Positions 19,902 through 30,376 are shown, counted from the stretch's first letter. The stretch is 64,000 bases of DNA from an uncultured Candidatus Saccharibacteria bacterium (GCA_964402035.1 CAYOAM010000001.1:371558-435557); one strand, 5' to 3'. Notes: generated from the letters alone by a model not told the origin. Made by a program: numbers and translations.

Positions 19902-21284
19902 ATGAAGATCACACTACTTATGCCTCAGAGCGATATGTATCGTAAGGGTGGGATTTTCCCGAAAGCCCTCCGGTATGCACCGCTTACACTCACAACTCTC
20001 GCAGCTTTGGTTCCAGAAGCTCTAAATGCCACTATCAAGTGCCATGACGAAGCTTCTGAAGTCTTTGATCCCGAGAAGTGTGATGCTGACATCGTCGGCA
20101 TCACCGTAATTACACCGACGTCAAAACGTGCGTATGCTTTTGCAAAAAAATTGCGCGCGCGAGGCATCTTTGTGGTTCTCGGTGGTGTCCATGTAACTCT
20201 TGTGCCTGAAGAGGCCCAAAAACATGCCGACGCAATCATCACTGGCTACGCAGAAGAGACATTGCCACAACTTTTGCGAGATTTTGCCAAGAAGCAGACT
20301 CGTAAGAGGTATGACCAAGGACATTCGTATCAGTTTCAAAGCGTGCCAATACCCCGACGAGACCTGCTCAACAGGAAGCCGTACGTAACCATGAACACTG
20401 TGCAAGCAGTGCGTGGGTGCCCATACAAGTGCACCTTCTGTGTAGTTCCGTCAGCTTGGCCTCAATATATGCACCGACCAATCAAAGAAGTCATTGCAGA
20501 AATTGAAGCCCTTGATGGGGACACGTTCTTATTCCTCGATTTGAGTCCTGTGGAAGATCGAAGGTACATCAAAGATCTTTATCGAGCTTTGATACCACTC
20601 AAGAAAAAATGGGGAGGCTTGTCTACGTTCACGATTTGCAAAGATCGTGAGATGCTTGAACTCGCTTCCAAGAGTGGTTGCCGAGGTTTGCTCATTGGTA
20701 TCGAATCAGTGAACCCATCAAACCTACACGAAATGAAGAAAGGGTTTAATAAGCCCGACTCCTACCGTGAGCAGATCAAAATGCTGCACGATCACGGAGT
20801 AGCAGTAAACGGCTGTTTCGTGTTTGGTATGGACGAGGATAACAAAGACGTCTTTGATAGGACGGCTGAGTTTGCAATCGAGACCGCCATTGACTTGCCG
20901 AGGTTTGCCGTGGCTACTCCTTTCCCTGGAACGCCGTTCTTCAAACAACTGCAATCTGAGAAAAGGATACAGAGCTACGACTGGAGCTTGTACAGTGGCC
21001 AACACGTCTTGTTCCAACCAAAGCAAATGACCGCCGAAGAGTTGCATCAAGGTATTCGTAGGACATGGAAAGAGGTTTACAGGCTTGGTTCGGTTTGGAA
21101 GAGAATCTTTTCTTCTGAGGCGAGCAGAGACTGGGACTTACTCAAAGTGTCCATCCCTGCAAACTTGGGTTACGCCGCGTATTCAAAATTTCTCCCACCA
21201 TTCATTTCGATGTCGTGTGGGGAGGAAGATATGTGGCTACCTGAGACAGTGCAACAATCACCAATCGTTCTCAACAGACTCTAG
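19902..21284 (+). CDS. Cobalamin-binding radical SAM enzyme
   Basis: N-terminal B12-binding domain (VVLGGVHVT), RGCPYKCTFC motif, GIES, TPFPGT. Confidence 0.92.
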   Translation: MKITLLMPQSDMYRKGGIFPKALRYAPLTLTTLAALVPEALNATIKCHDEASEVFDPEKCDADIVGITVITPTSKRAYAFAKKLRARGIFVVLGGVHVTLVPEEAQKHADAIITGYAEETLPQLLRDFAKKQTRKRYDQGHSYQFQSVPIPRRDLLNRKPYVTMNTVQAVRGCPYKCTFCVVPSAWPQYMHRPIKEVIAEIEALDGDTFLFLDLSPVEDRRYIKDLYRALIPLKKKWGGLSTFTICKDREMLELASKSGCRGLLIGIESVNPSNLHEMKKGFNKPDSYREQIKMLHDHGVAVNGCFVFGMDEDNKDVFDRTAEFAIETAIDLPRFAVATPFPGTPFFKQLQSEKRIQSYDWSLYSGQHVLFQPKQMTAEELHQGIRRTWKEVYRLGSVWKRIFSSEASRDWDLLKVSIPANLGYAAYSKFLPPFISMSCGEEDMWLPETVQQSPIVLNRL

Positions 21285-21292
21285 GAGGTTTT

Positions 21293-22687
21293 ATGCGTAT
21301 TCTATTTGTCACTCCTCATGTCGGACGAAAGTCTGATATGAGGTATGTGCGAACGTGGCAAATGGAGCCGCTCACCATTGCCACGCTCGCAGCACTAACA
21401 CCGAATGATGTGGAAATTGAGTATGTCGATGAACGCTTAGGCGAACGCATCGACTACTCTGTCCACAGGGACTTGGTCATCATCACGGTAGAAACCTATA
21501 CAGCAAAGAGATCTTACGAAATCTGCGCTGAATGCCGTGAACATGGTCTCCCTACCTTAATCGGCGGGTACCATGTAATGCTCTTGCCCCAAGAAGCACA
21601 GAAGTACGGAGACTCCATAATGGTCGGCTTCGCCGAGCCATTGTGGGAGGAGATGATTTCTGACGCAAAGAAAGGAAGTCTGAAACCTCTCTACGTTCAA
21701 GATAGAACGGTGAAATACCCGTTCGTTATTCCACGCAGAGACATTTTCGGAGGGAGAAACTACTTCAACCTCCACTGCGTGGAAACTGGACGTGGATGTC
21801 CTCTCACGTGCGAGTTTTGCTCGATTACGGCCGTAACAGGTGCAACATACATTGCACGGCCAATAGACAGAGTCGTGGAAGATATTCGATCCCTCAAAGG
21901 AAACAATATATTCCTCGTCGAAGATAACTTCGTTGGCAACAAGCGACACGCCAAGGAATTACTTCGAGCAATGATTCCCCTCAAAATCAATTGGGTTGGC
22001 CAAGGAACACTCAACATGGCCAATGACGAGGAATTACTTGAACTCATGAAAGCAAGTGGGTGTGCAGGGGTGTTGATCGGCTTTGAGTCGCTTAAAAGGG
22101 AGACCTTGATGGCGATGAACAAACCAATCAATACAAGGTTCGACTACGAGAAGTCAATCAAGCAATTGCACCGGTACGGCATCGCACTCTACGGTACGTT
22201 TATCTTCGGGTATGACACCGAGAGTGTGGAAGACATCCGCCTTACTGTCGAAAAAGCAATCGACTTCGGCATCTTCATGGCCGCATTCAATCACTTACTA
22301 CCGTTCCCTGGTACGCCAACGCATGACAGGCTTCAAGCTGAAAAGAGGTTGGTGTATGACAAGTGGTGGCTGTCCCCCGAGTTTCGATTTGGGGAAGTTC
22401 CATTTCACCCGAAAAGTATGTCTCGGGAGAGACTGCATGAAGAATGTTTGCGAGCACGTGAACGTTTCTACAGCATGTCATCAATTCTGCGAAGAGGTGT
22501 TGAAAACATCCAAGGTAACTGCGGTTCTTTGAAGAAAATCGGTGCATACACGTGGATCAACTATTTGCTTCGGCGAGAAGTTGCCGAAAAAGATGGTTTG
22601 CCACTTGGTAATCACCCATTTGTACCAAAACCAAACGAAAGGAGTCCTGGGCATGAAGCGTTTCCTATTCGGATCCGAAGTGCATGA
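21293..22687 (+). CDS. Cobalamin-binding radical SAM enzyme (second paralogue)
   Basis: LIGGYH, RGCPLTCEFC, GFES, PFPGTP; AGGAGG RBS. Confidence 0.92.
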   Translation: MRILFVTPHVGRKSDMRYVRTWQMEPLTIATLAALTPNDVEIEYVDERLGERIDYSVHRDLVIITVETYTAKRSYEICAECREHGLPTLIGGYHVMLLPQEAQKYGDSIMVGFAEPLWEEMISDAKKGSLKPLYVQDRTVKYPFVIPRRDIFGGRNYFNLHCVETGRGCPLTCEFCSITAVTGATYIARPIDRVVEDIRSLKGNNIFLVEDNFVGNKRHAKELLRAMIPLKINWVGQGTLNMANDEELLELMKASGCAGVLIGFESLKRETLMAMNKPINTRFDYEKSIKQLHRYGIALYGTFIFGYDTESVEDIRLTVEKAIDFGIFMAAFNHLLPFPGTPTHDRLQAEKRLVYDKWWLSPEFRFGEVPFHPKSMSRERLHEECLRARERFYSMSSILRRGVENIQGNCGSLKKIGAYTWINYLLRREVAEKDGLPLGNHPFVPKPNERSPGHEAFPIRIRSA

Positions 22688-23726
22688 CGAAGCGTGTCGT
22701 GCAATACTTCGAGAAAGTTCGATGGGAAAAGACGTTAGGCTCTCGTTTCGACGGGAGCCTTCTTTTTTTCCAGCAGAAAAAATCACCAACACGTGGTCAC
22801 AACTAGTCGTCTTACTAGACGACGAAAACGACAAAGTGCTTGGCTTCGGTGTAAGGTCAGGAAGACCATACTGGCTCAATGGTCAAGAAGTTGAACTCGG
22901 TTACATCAGTCAACTCAGACTCGTTCCTGAGTTCAGAAATGGACTCTATCTTGCGAAAGGATACAGGAAGTTCAAGGAGTTACACGAACAAGATGGAAAG
23001 GTTCCGTTCTACATTACAACAGTGTTTTCAGACAACGAAATAGCGAGGTCAACACTAGAAAGTAAACGGGTTGGGTTACCGTCCTACAGACCTCTCGACG
23101 AATTATCCTCGTACTTTTTCATTGCACAGAAAGCGCACAGTGAGTCAGCCGAAGCTACACATCAGGCTGATATCGTTGAGGTGCTGACAAAATACAATGA
23201 AGAAGTGCGGGGCGGAAGTCTTGCAACGAGGTACGACGGAAACACGATGTCGTGGATGGCACTGGTTGATCATGAAGCAGTTGCGGTGCACACCAGTAAT
23301 TTCACAGCTTCGGCAGTACTTGTAGATTTCTCAAACGTTAAGCAAGTGGTTATTGATGGGTACTCAATGCCTTACAAAATAATCACAGGACTCGCAAGAG
23401 CCACTGCTCTATTTTTGGGAATTAGACCACCACCAAAGGTCGGTTCACACCTGAGATCTCTCTACCTGACCGCTATGAGTATCACAGGTGACAGAGAAGA
23501 TGGATTTAATACGTTGTTGCAACACGCAAGAGACAGAGCCTTCAAAAGAAACTGTCACGGGGTTGTGTGTGGACTTAGTTCTCGTAGTTCTTTTAATCAG
23601 CACGCAAACCGGATGTGCATCAGCATCACAAAAAGTATTCTGTATGCTGTTGCATGGGACGAGAGCGTGATACCGAAAATAGATGCCGACACTAATCAAA
23701 TCAATGTCGAAGTCGCCACCTTATAG
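22653..23726 (+). CDS. Putative GNAT-fold acyltransferase
   Basis: GYISQLRLVPEFRNG resembles the GNAT acyl-CoA motif A; AAAGGAG RBS; overlaps the upstream gene. Confidence 0.55.
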   Translation: MKRFLFGSEVHDEACRAILRESSMGKDVRLSFRREPSFFPAEKITNTWSQLVVLLDDENDKVLGFGVRSGRPYWLNGQEVELGYISQLRLVPEFRNGLYLAKGYRKFKELHEQDGKVPFYITTVFSDNEIARSTLESKRVGLPSYRPLDELSSYFFIAQKAHSESAEATHQADIVEVLTKYNEEVRGGSLATRYDGNTMSWMALVDHEAVAVHTSNFTASAVLVDFSNVKQVVIDGYSMPYKIITGLARATALFLGIRPPPKVGSHLRSLYLTAMSITGDREDGFNTLLQHARDRAFKRNCHGVVCGLSSRSSFNQHANRMCISITKSILYAVAWDESVIPKIDADTNQINVEVATL

Positions 23727-23808
23727 CCATTCGTTGCGGAATGGCTATTTTTATAATGCTGTGATAGATTTTCATAAGTTTTTTGTTCATTGTCAAGGAG
23801 CACACACC

Positions 23809-24510
23809 ATGAGTAAAATTATCGGAACGCTTGAGCCTGTATGGTCATGTGGACCAGAAATAAAGCAGGCCTGTTTTGAACTACTGTCACGACATTTTCA
23901 AGGAGTGACGTGGAAGCAGTTCAACTCTGACTTTCATGAAAAACAGTACGTTGCACTTTTGAGGAAAAATGATCGGATTGTCGGTTTTTCAACTATGACA
24001 ATTCTCCCCATATTTCTTTCAGAGGGTCATGCCATGAACGTCGCCTTCTCTGGCGACACGATTGTTGAATTTGAAGACAGGAATACAACTGAACTGGGAA
24101 AGTCACTGGCTTCCTTCTTCCGAGAGGTAATATCTGTTCATGGTGATGGAAACGTATGGTACGTACTTATCTCGAAAGGATGGCGTACATATAAAGCAAT
24201 GGAATTTATGTTCCACCGTTTTGCGCCACATGCCCATCAGAAACTTTCGGGTCTCGAAAAAGAAGTCATTGTTGGATTCGGAAAGGAAAAGTACCTGTCT
24301 CGTTTTGATGAGAAAAGTCTCATCATTAAAGCGCTTGACGGCGATCAAAAACTGCAACCAAATTCACCTGACCTGAAAGTCCCTCCTTCAGAGCTGGGGG
24401 CGTTCTTTATTGAGCGGAACCCCGGCTTTGCAAATGGTGACGAACTTGTTTGTGTGGCTCGGTTGTCCTACAACAATTTTACTGAGAGGTTTAAGCGATG
24501 TTTCAGATAA
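23809..24510 (+). CDS. Hypothetical protein, probable GNAT-like fold
   Basis: IVGFST, FSGDTIV, LISKGWRTY, RNPG...GDEL motifs; AAGGAG RBS. Confidence 0.55.
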   Translation: MSKIIGTLEPVWSCGPEIKQACFELLSRHFQGVTWKQFNSDFHEKQYVALLRKNDRIVGFSTMTILPIFLSEGHAMNVAFSGDTIVEFEDRNTTELGKSLASFFREVISVHGDGNVWYVLISKGWRTYKAMEFMFHRFAPHAHQKLSGLEKEVIVGFGKEKYLSRFDEKSLIIKALDGDQKLQPNSPDLKVPPSELGAFFIERNPGFANGDELVCVARLSYNNFTERFKRCFR

Positions 24511-25940
24511 AGCTACTGCTATGCAATATAGTGCTGTGGCTGTCGTTGCTACCTGAAGCGACACGCTACATCATTGCATTTCTATTTCCGAAACGAGCTC
24601 AGAAAAAAGTACTCATGCAAATCCTTAAGAAGATGAGCATGGACATATCTGAGTTCAGTAATCGCCCTGTCACCAGATATGACGATTACACGGGACAAAT
24701 CGAAGTACTGAAAGAAACAGGAGTTCACCCTACCTACCATGAAGAAGTAACGCGACTGTGTCCAACAAGTGGCACCTCGGGAGGAAGTAAGCTCATACCG
24801 TACACAAAGAGCCTTAAGGGTGCATTCCAAAGTGGATTATACCCTTGGATCTTCTTTATGTACCTGAGATTTCCTTCGCTATTTCTCAAGCGCCAATACT
24901 GGTCAATCACACCAATTATTCAGACCAAAACTGATGATGCTACAAGCAAAGTCAAGATTGGGTTTGAAGACGACGAGGAATACGTTGGTGCTCTGCAGCG
25001 TCACATTACGAAGACGGTATGGGTTGATACGAAAAGGATTACCCACAACTGTCCTGATGTTGAAGCATTTCTTTCCCGACTTGGGGCGAAGTTAAGCAAA
25101 GAGAAGAGGCTGGGTTTAGTTTCAGTCTGGAGCCCGAGTTTAATTTCCTTGCTGGTAAGAAAGTATGGGGGGATACTACCGAAGAATCTTGTTCTCAGCT
25201 CATGGGCACACGGTTATTCAAAGGCGGAATCAGAAAATGTAGTTCAAATTCTCAAGGCAGAGTTACAGCCGAAAGGACTGTTATCTACGGAAGCTTGCGT
25301 CACAATCCCGATCGGCACTGACACCTTTCTACTTTCGTACAATTCACACTATTACGAATTTAGAGACACCAATACGGATAAGCTGGAAACAGCCACAACT
25401 GTAGAGGTTAGTCATGAGTACGAAGTGGTTGTAACCACGCAAAGTGGGTTTGTGCGATACGCCACAGGAGACGTAGTGAGAGTGGTAAAATTTGCGCTTG
25501 GCAGACCCTCTTGCGTGTTCATTGGAAGGATAGGAGTTACAGACCTATTCGGAGAGAAACTTGACGAACGCACTATTGAGAAAGCAGTTGGTGAGCTTTT
25601 GGGCGAACAGAAGACTGAGGAGTCGTTTTGGTTCTTTGCCCCAACAAGAAACCATGACGAATCAATTTCCTACACATTGTTCGCTGGATCAAATGTAGTA
25701 GGTGCTTCGTTACCAGAAAGTCTTGATACTCTGTTACGGACCTCGTATCACTATAACTATTGCAGAGAGCTCGGTCAGCTGGCGCAAGCAAGGATTTTTG
25801 TCATTGAAGATTCTTCGCCAGAAGTACGGTTTATCGAGATATGTTCACGTGAAGGTGGTACTCGACTGGGAGACATCAAGATAGGTCGAATCTCAAAAAG
25901 GTTCGACTGGAATCAACTGTTTTCAGGTCATTTCGTTTAG
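24498..25940 (+). CDS. GH3-family acyl-adenylate-forming enzyme
   Basis: PTSGTSGGSKLIPYT, STEA, GFVRYATGD, DLFGEKL. Confidence 0.85.
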   Translation: MFQIKLLLCNIVLWLSLLPEATRYIIAFLFPKRAQKKVLMQILKKMSMDISEFSNRPVTRYDDYTGQIEVLKETGVHPTYHEEVTRLCPTSGTSGGSKLIPYTKSLKGAFQSGLYPWIFFMYLRFPSLFLKRQYWSITPIIQTKTDDATSKVKIGFEDDEEYVGALQRHITKTVWVDTKRITHNCPDVEAFLSRLGAKLSKEKRLGLVSVWSPSLISLLVRKYGGILPKNLVLSSWAHGYSKAESENVVQILKAELQPKGLLSTEACVTIPIGTDTFLLSYNSHYYEFRDTNTDKLETATTVEVSHEYEVVVTTQSGFVRYATGDVVRVVKFALGRPSCVFIGRIGVTDLFGEKLDERTIEKAVGELLGEQKTEESFWFFAPTRNHDESISYTLFAGSNVVGASLPESLDTLLRTSYHYNYCRELGQLAQARIFVIEDSSPEVRFIEICSREGGTRLGDIKIGRISKRFDWNQLFSGHFV

Positions 25941-26023
25941 GGCTCGGTCATTTGATCGAGCCCTTCTTTTTGATAAAAAAGATCCCACCGCATTATCTAC
26001 GGTGGGTCTCATAAAGGTCAGTG

Positions 26024-26596
26024 TCATCTTGGTTGGATACTCTTTACGTATTTGTAGAATATGTAGATGGCTCCACCTGCAAGAATAAGTAGCCCAGCAC
26101 TGTACCAACCAAATGTGCCATCACCGTAATTCCTGCCGAAGTAGTAGCCAAAGTACGTCAGTCCTAGTGCCCATAAAAATGATGTGACCGCGATAATCAC
26201 AAAATACAAGGCACGATTCATTTCAGCAATACCTGCTACGACAGGAACAACGACTTTAACCCCTGGAAGAAATTTCCCGAAAAAGATAACTGCGGAGCCA
26301 CGTCTAGCAAAAGCAATCTGTAACTTAGCAATTTTTTCTTCTGAGAATCCTTTCCATTTTCTCACGTATACTATGCCTTTACTCCGGGATGCTTCATACA
26401 GAATCGTATTTCCGATGATATTCCCGATGGTTCCTGACACCGCAATCAACAATATCGACAATTCGATTGTTGGTGCAAAAAATCCTGCGGTGACGTATAC
26501 AAACTGACTTGACGGTAAGCTGATTACGCCGTTTGTGATCATAAAGATCACAATGGCAAGATAGCCAAACGTCACGATGGTTGTTTCGATAGTCAT
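26024..26596 (-). CDS. DedA family membrane protein
   Basis: LPS...AG, F.RRG...IFFGKFLPGVK....VAG...M, W.......GY..G. Confidence 0.82.
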   Translation of the reverse strand: MTIETTIVTFGYLAIVIFMITNGVISLPSSQFVYVTAGFFAPTIELSILLIAVSGTIGNIIGNTILYEASRSKGIVYVRKWKGFSEEKIAKLQIAFARRGSAVIFFGKFLPGVKVVVPVVAGIAEMNRALYFVIIAVTSFLWALGLTYFGYYFGRNYGDGTFGWYSAGLLILAGGAIYIFYKYVKSIQPR

Positions 26597-26694
26597 GGCG
26601 ACCTCCCATAGCGTTAAACATCAAAATTCCATTACGACTCTACCATATAAATCCTAGTTCCCTAAGCTCTATAAAAAATACTTCTTGAACTACA

Positions 26695-27423
26695 CTAGTG
26701 TGAAAAGAAAGCCTCAGTATAGATTTGTTCCTCACGGATATTTGCATTTATTAATCCATTCCACATATCTCTCACAAAGTGTATGGAACCACAGATAAAA
26801 TACTCATCGTTACTTGATCCATCCCCTCTGCAATTAACCTCCTCAACAATTAGAGCGGGGGACATCCTGCCTTTTCTGTATGTACCTGAGACAATATCAT
26901 CTTTGGTGATAAAAAAAGTTGCTTGGATGTTAGAATTTTTCTCTACTATTTCTTCCAGTTCGCCTTTAAAGAGGATTGATTCAATAAATGAATTACTGTA
27001 AAAAAGTTCTATTTTTCTTTCTACATTATTTTTTAGAAAATGCCCAAGCATACTCATGATTGGTGTAATACCAATCCCTGCAATAATAAAAATAAGTCTT
27101 GTTTCATTGTTTTCAGTATAAAAATAACCGTAGGGATCAGACGCTTCTATAGTGTCTCCAGCATTTAAATTAGATAGATGCTTAGAAAATTCCCCCATTT
27201 CTTTAACTGTAATAGCGAGAAAGTTGTCTTGAGGCGCACTTGAAATACTGTATGATTTTCCCTCGGTAATAGATGGATCCTGAAGAAAAATATTTATGTA
27301 TTGACCAGGGATGAAAGCAGGGACAGATGATTCTGTTTGTGTGACTAGTTGAATGGTAACCACGTCATCCAGCTCTCTTTTCTTGTCAATCACTTTATAG
27401 GTTCTCTTACTTGTCTGATGCAT
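26695..27423 (-). CDS. FAD/NAD(P)-binding ferredoxin reductase-type oxidoreductase
   Basis: F.PGQY, SYSISS, GEFS..L, AGIGITP, YFICGS, terminal EAF. Confidence 0.88.
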   Translation of the reverse strand: MHQTSKRTYKVIDKKRELDDVVTIQLVTQTESSVPAFIPGQYINIFLQDPSITEGKSYSISSAPQDNFLAITVKEMGEFSKHLSNLNAGDTIEASDPYGYFYTENNETRLIFIIAGIGITPIMSMLGHFLKNNVERKIELFYSNSFIESILFKGELEEIVEKNSNIQATFFITKDDIVSGTYRKGRMSPALIVEEVNCRGDGSSNDEYFICGSIHFVRDMWNGLINANIREEQIYTEAFFSH

Positions 27424-27874
27424 ATACTGTTTCGTAATTTTTTATCGCTTCTCGTAGTGCTAAGTGTCCAAGTACGGAACAATGATACTTCCTGTCTGGT
27501 AATCCTATTAACCTAGTCACAATTGCTTCTGGTGTTAATCGTTTTGCTCGTTTCAATGTCATTCCACCATTTTCCGTCACCATGATAGACATCATTGAAG
27601 TCGAGGCCACCGCAGATGGACACCCAAACGTCTTCCACTTACATTCAGAGATACTTTTCGTATCTTCCATTACCTTTATCCATACAGCCATCATATCTCC
27701 ACAAGTAGCACTCCCCACAACGCCATAACCATCTGCATCATACTGCGATTCGTCAATCAAACAGTTTTGGGGGTTAAAAAAATGCTCTTTTACGGTATCG
27801 CTATACAACCAACCGAGCTGCTCTGCTTCTTTCTTACTAGCTTTAGAAAAGAGTTTTTGAAAAAAGTTTTTCAT
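27407..27874 (-). CDS. iscU: Fe-S cluster scaffold IscU/NifU
   Basis: YS..V.EHF.NP.N, CGD, FGC, HCS: three conserved Cys. Confidence 0.9.
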   Translation of the reverse strand: MKNFFQKLFSKASKKEAEQLGWLYSDTVKEHFFNPQNCLIDESQYDADGYGVVGSATCGDMMAVWIKVMEDTKSISECKWKTFGCPSAVASTSMMSIMVTENGGMTLKRAKRLTPEAIVTRLIGLPDRKYHCSVLGHLALREAIKNYETVYASDK

Positions 27875-29058
27875 AGCTCGGAAAGTGGAGATAAGTTTGT
27901 TAACGTACTCACGACCTGTGGAAATACTTTAAGAAAATAATCAATCTCTTTTTTTGTTGTGAATCTACCCATGGAAATCCTTAAACTTCCGTGAATCAAT
28001 TCGGGATTTTGTCCAATAGCAGTAAGTACATAGGATGGTCGTAAATCAGTTGCGGAACACGCTGATCCTGTTGAGACACAAATACCATGACTATCAAGCA
28101 TCATGAGCATCGACTCACCCTCTATACTTGGAATTGTTATATGCACCATCGAGGGCACACAGGCGACTTGATCACCATTAAACAGAACCTGAGGAATTTT
28201 CTTTTCCAATTCAGTACGCAAATATTTCTGTAGAACTTCTAATCGTTTGTGTTCGGTCTCTCTTTTCTCATTTGTAATAAATAGTGCTTTAGCAAAACCT
28301 ACAATCAGTGGCACACTTTCCGTTCCTGCTCGGAGATTATTCTCTTGACCCCCGCCAAGAATAAGAGCCTCAATCTTAATCCCAGTTTTTTTGTATAGTA
28401 AGCCCACCCCATTTGGACCGTACACTTTTGAGCTGTTCAGCGTTAAAAGATCTACGCCTAAAGTTTCCACATTAACAGGAAGCAATGTTATAGCTTGGCA
28501 AGCATCAACATGGAGCAAAGGAAGATTATTATGTTTAATTTGTGAAATTCTTGCAGACAGCTCTTCAATCGGTTGTATGGTACCTATCTCATTATTTACA
28601 AGCATTACAGAAATCAAAATTGTTCCATCGGTGATAAATTTTGCGCATTCATCGACATCAATAATCCCCTTCGCATTGGCCGGCACGACACTCACTCGAA
28701 ATCCCTCTCGTTCTAAACTATGCACCGCCTCTAGATTCGACTTATGTTCTATGTTGGAAATAATAATATGGTTTCCCCTATCTTTATAGGCCCTCGCCGC
28801 ACCAACAATAGCCATATTATTTGATTCAGTACCAGAGCCCGTAAAGATGATTTCTTCAGATCTTGCTCCTATGATTTGTGCAATTGATGTACGGGCATCT
28901 TCGATTGCCTTTCTGGATCGTCGTCCGCGGATATGAAGCGATGACGGATTCCCATAAGATTGATCAAAAAAAGGCACCATGCAAGCAGTGACCTCTCTGT
29001 CTATAGGTGTACTGGCGGCGTAATCCAAATACACCTCCTTATGTGAATGGAAAAACAT
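27871..29058 (-). CDS. iscS: Cysteine desulfurase (group I IscS/NifS)
   Basis: YLDYAASTP, GNPSSLH, NNEIGTIQP, KVYGP, RAGTE, STGSAC. Confidence 0.93.
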   Translation of the reverse strand: MFFHSHKEVYLDYAASTPIDREVTACMVPFFDQSYGNPSSLHIRGRRSRKAIEDARTSIAQIIGARSEEIIFTGSGTESNNMAIVGAARAYKDRGNHIIISNIEHKSNLEAVHSLEREGFRVSVVPANAKGIIDVDECAKFITDGTILISVMLVNNEIGTIQPIEELSARISQIKHNNLPLLHVDACQAITLLPVNVETLGVDLLTLNSSKVYGPNGVGLLYKKTGIKIEALILGGGQENNLRAGTESVPLIVGFAKALFITNEKRETEHKRLEVLQKYLRTELEKKIPQVLFNGDQVACVPSMVHITIPSIEGESMLMMLDSHGICVSTGSACSATDLRPSYVLTAIGQNPELIHGSLRISMGRFTTKKEIDYFLKVFPQVVSTLTNLSPLSEL

Positions 29059-29463
29059 AGGGTCTCCAGTGCGTAACGATCCTAGTCTAACATAAATAGG
29101 CAGTACCCACATCGAATATGCCTTGTAAGTACAGATATGCAACATTATTCTTGAAATACGCCAAACAAAGCTGCTCCACATATAAAAATGATTAGCATCG
29201 CTGCACATCATTGTCTAAAGTAGAATTAAGCGACTCATCATAGTACTATGTCTTCTGTACACTATCGGGAGGCGTTACCCCATCCACGCAAAGACGAGCA
29301 ATACGTCCAACAATCTTTTCAAACAAGTTGAAGATGTGGCGAGCCAAACGAGCTGTTTTGTGTGCAAATCTAAATGACGTCTAAATTCGTTACAGTGCCC
29401 ATTTCTTCTCTGTACAAAAAACTATCCGGCACCCTATCCCATGGGTTATAATTTGAAGCAACC

Positions 29464-29814
29464 ATGTTCAAATGGATTAAAAAAATTTACAGAGCTGTTC
29501 GCCCCCTCTCTCGCCTGGGACTCTTGGAGCAGAAACTGGTTGATTTAAAGGATACGGATATTCGCAATGCTGCTGAACACGCCTATGCATTGGCGATCAT
29601 TTATAAGAAAAAAGGAGACACTGCAAAAGCAATCGATTTTGGCCTTGAGTCTCTTGCTCTGTTTGACCGTTCTAAACTTCGCGCTGAATGGGACAGCACA
29701 AGGCATAACACAGTAATAGGCGGCATAACAATCCCTGAAATAATCCACCAAGGCATAGTGCGTGAGCACCTAAAACCCCTCGAACTTAAACACCCTCCAA
29801 AGAAAGAAACGTGA
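29464..29814 (+). CDS. Hypothetical protein
   Basis: 116-aa ORF, TATAAT just upstream; helical TPR-like segment. Confidence 0.6.
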   Translation: MFKWIKKIYRAVRPLSRLGLLEQKLVDLKDTDIRNAAEHAYALAIIYKKKGDTAKAIDFGLESLALFDRSKLRAEWDSTRHNTVIGGITIPEIIHQGIVREHLKPLELKHPPKKET

Positions 29815-29945
29815 CCTCTTTTGATTCATACGCGCCTCCCAGCAGTGTGAGGTAAGAAAAATATAAAAAAATCGCCGCTATCTCTAAGGAATGCGGCGGT
29901 TGTTTTGTTAGGTAAGAATAACTTAACTAAAGATGAGGAGCTTCT

Positions 29946-30197
29946 TCACTCGATACGGAACTTCAAATAGGTATGTACCATATACAAGTGCATGAGCTTC
30001 ATAGCTTCTGGACCAAAATTCCTGAGGTTCTGTATTTCAGACTCCGTTCTATTGCAGAGGTCCTCGAAGGTATGTATGCTCGCATTTCGAAACGTTCTCC
30101 TTAAGCTGTTTACCACTCTAGAATGACATATGACGTCAGCATATTCCGCCCAGAAGCGGTAAATCGATCGAGTGAGGATCGTTTCAAAATCATCCAT
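29946..30197 (-). CDS. Stand-alone RNA polymerase alpha C-terminal-domain-like protein
   Basis: RNASIHTFEDLCNRTESEIQNLRNFGPEAM resembles the alphaCTD pattern I.T..DL...TE..L....NFG..S. Confidence 0.6.
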   Translation of the reverse strand: MDDFETILTRSIYRFWAEYADVICHSRVVNSLRRTFRNASIHTFEDLCNRTESEIQNLRNFGPEAMKLMHLYMVHTYLKFRIE

Positions 30198-30376
30198 TGT
30201 ATCCTACGGCAAGAGTAGCACGTCCCATTCAGGGACATGGTGTCTCTTTGAAACCGAAGGAACTTGCTGAGGGCAAATATATCATGAGTTTAGTCATTGT
30301 CAAATGCGCACATTAAAGAACCGAGCTCTTTGCCCTACAAATACCCCTCCTCACCCATCCATGCTAGGATGCAGAA

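Noticed and set aside
19902-25940. RiPP cluster or hopanoid methylase (HpnP) assignment
   Set aside because: No precursor peptide, SPASM domain or squalene-hopene cyclase visible; family-level similarity cannot give the substrate
29059-29211. N-terminal extensions in the ORF track (iscS; also ORFs at 19851, 22542, 23683)
   Set aside because: Family similarity and RBS positions favour downstream starts at 29058, 19902, 22653 and 23809
29059-29460. attR of the tRNA-Glu island or an integrase
   Set aside because: No tRNA-Glu 3' copy or recombinase ORF found by eye; the right boundary is undefined
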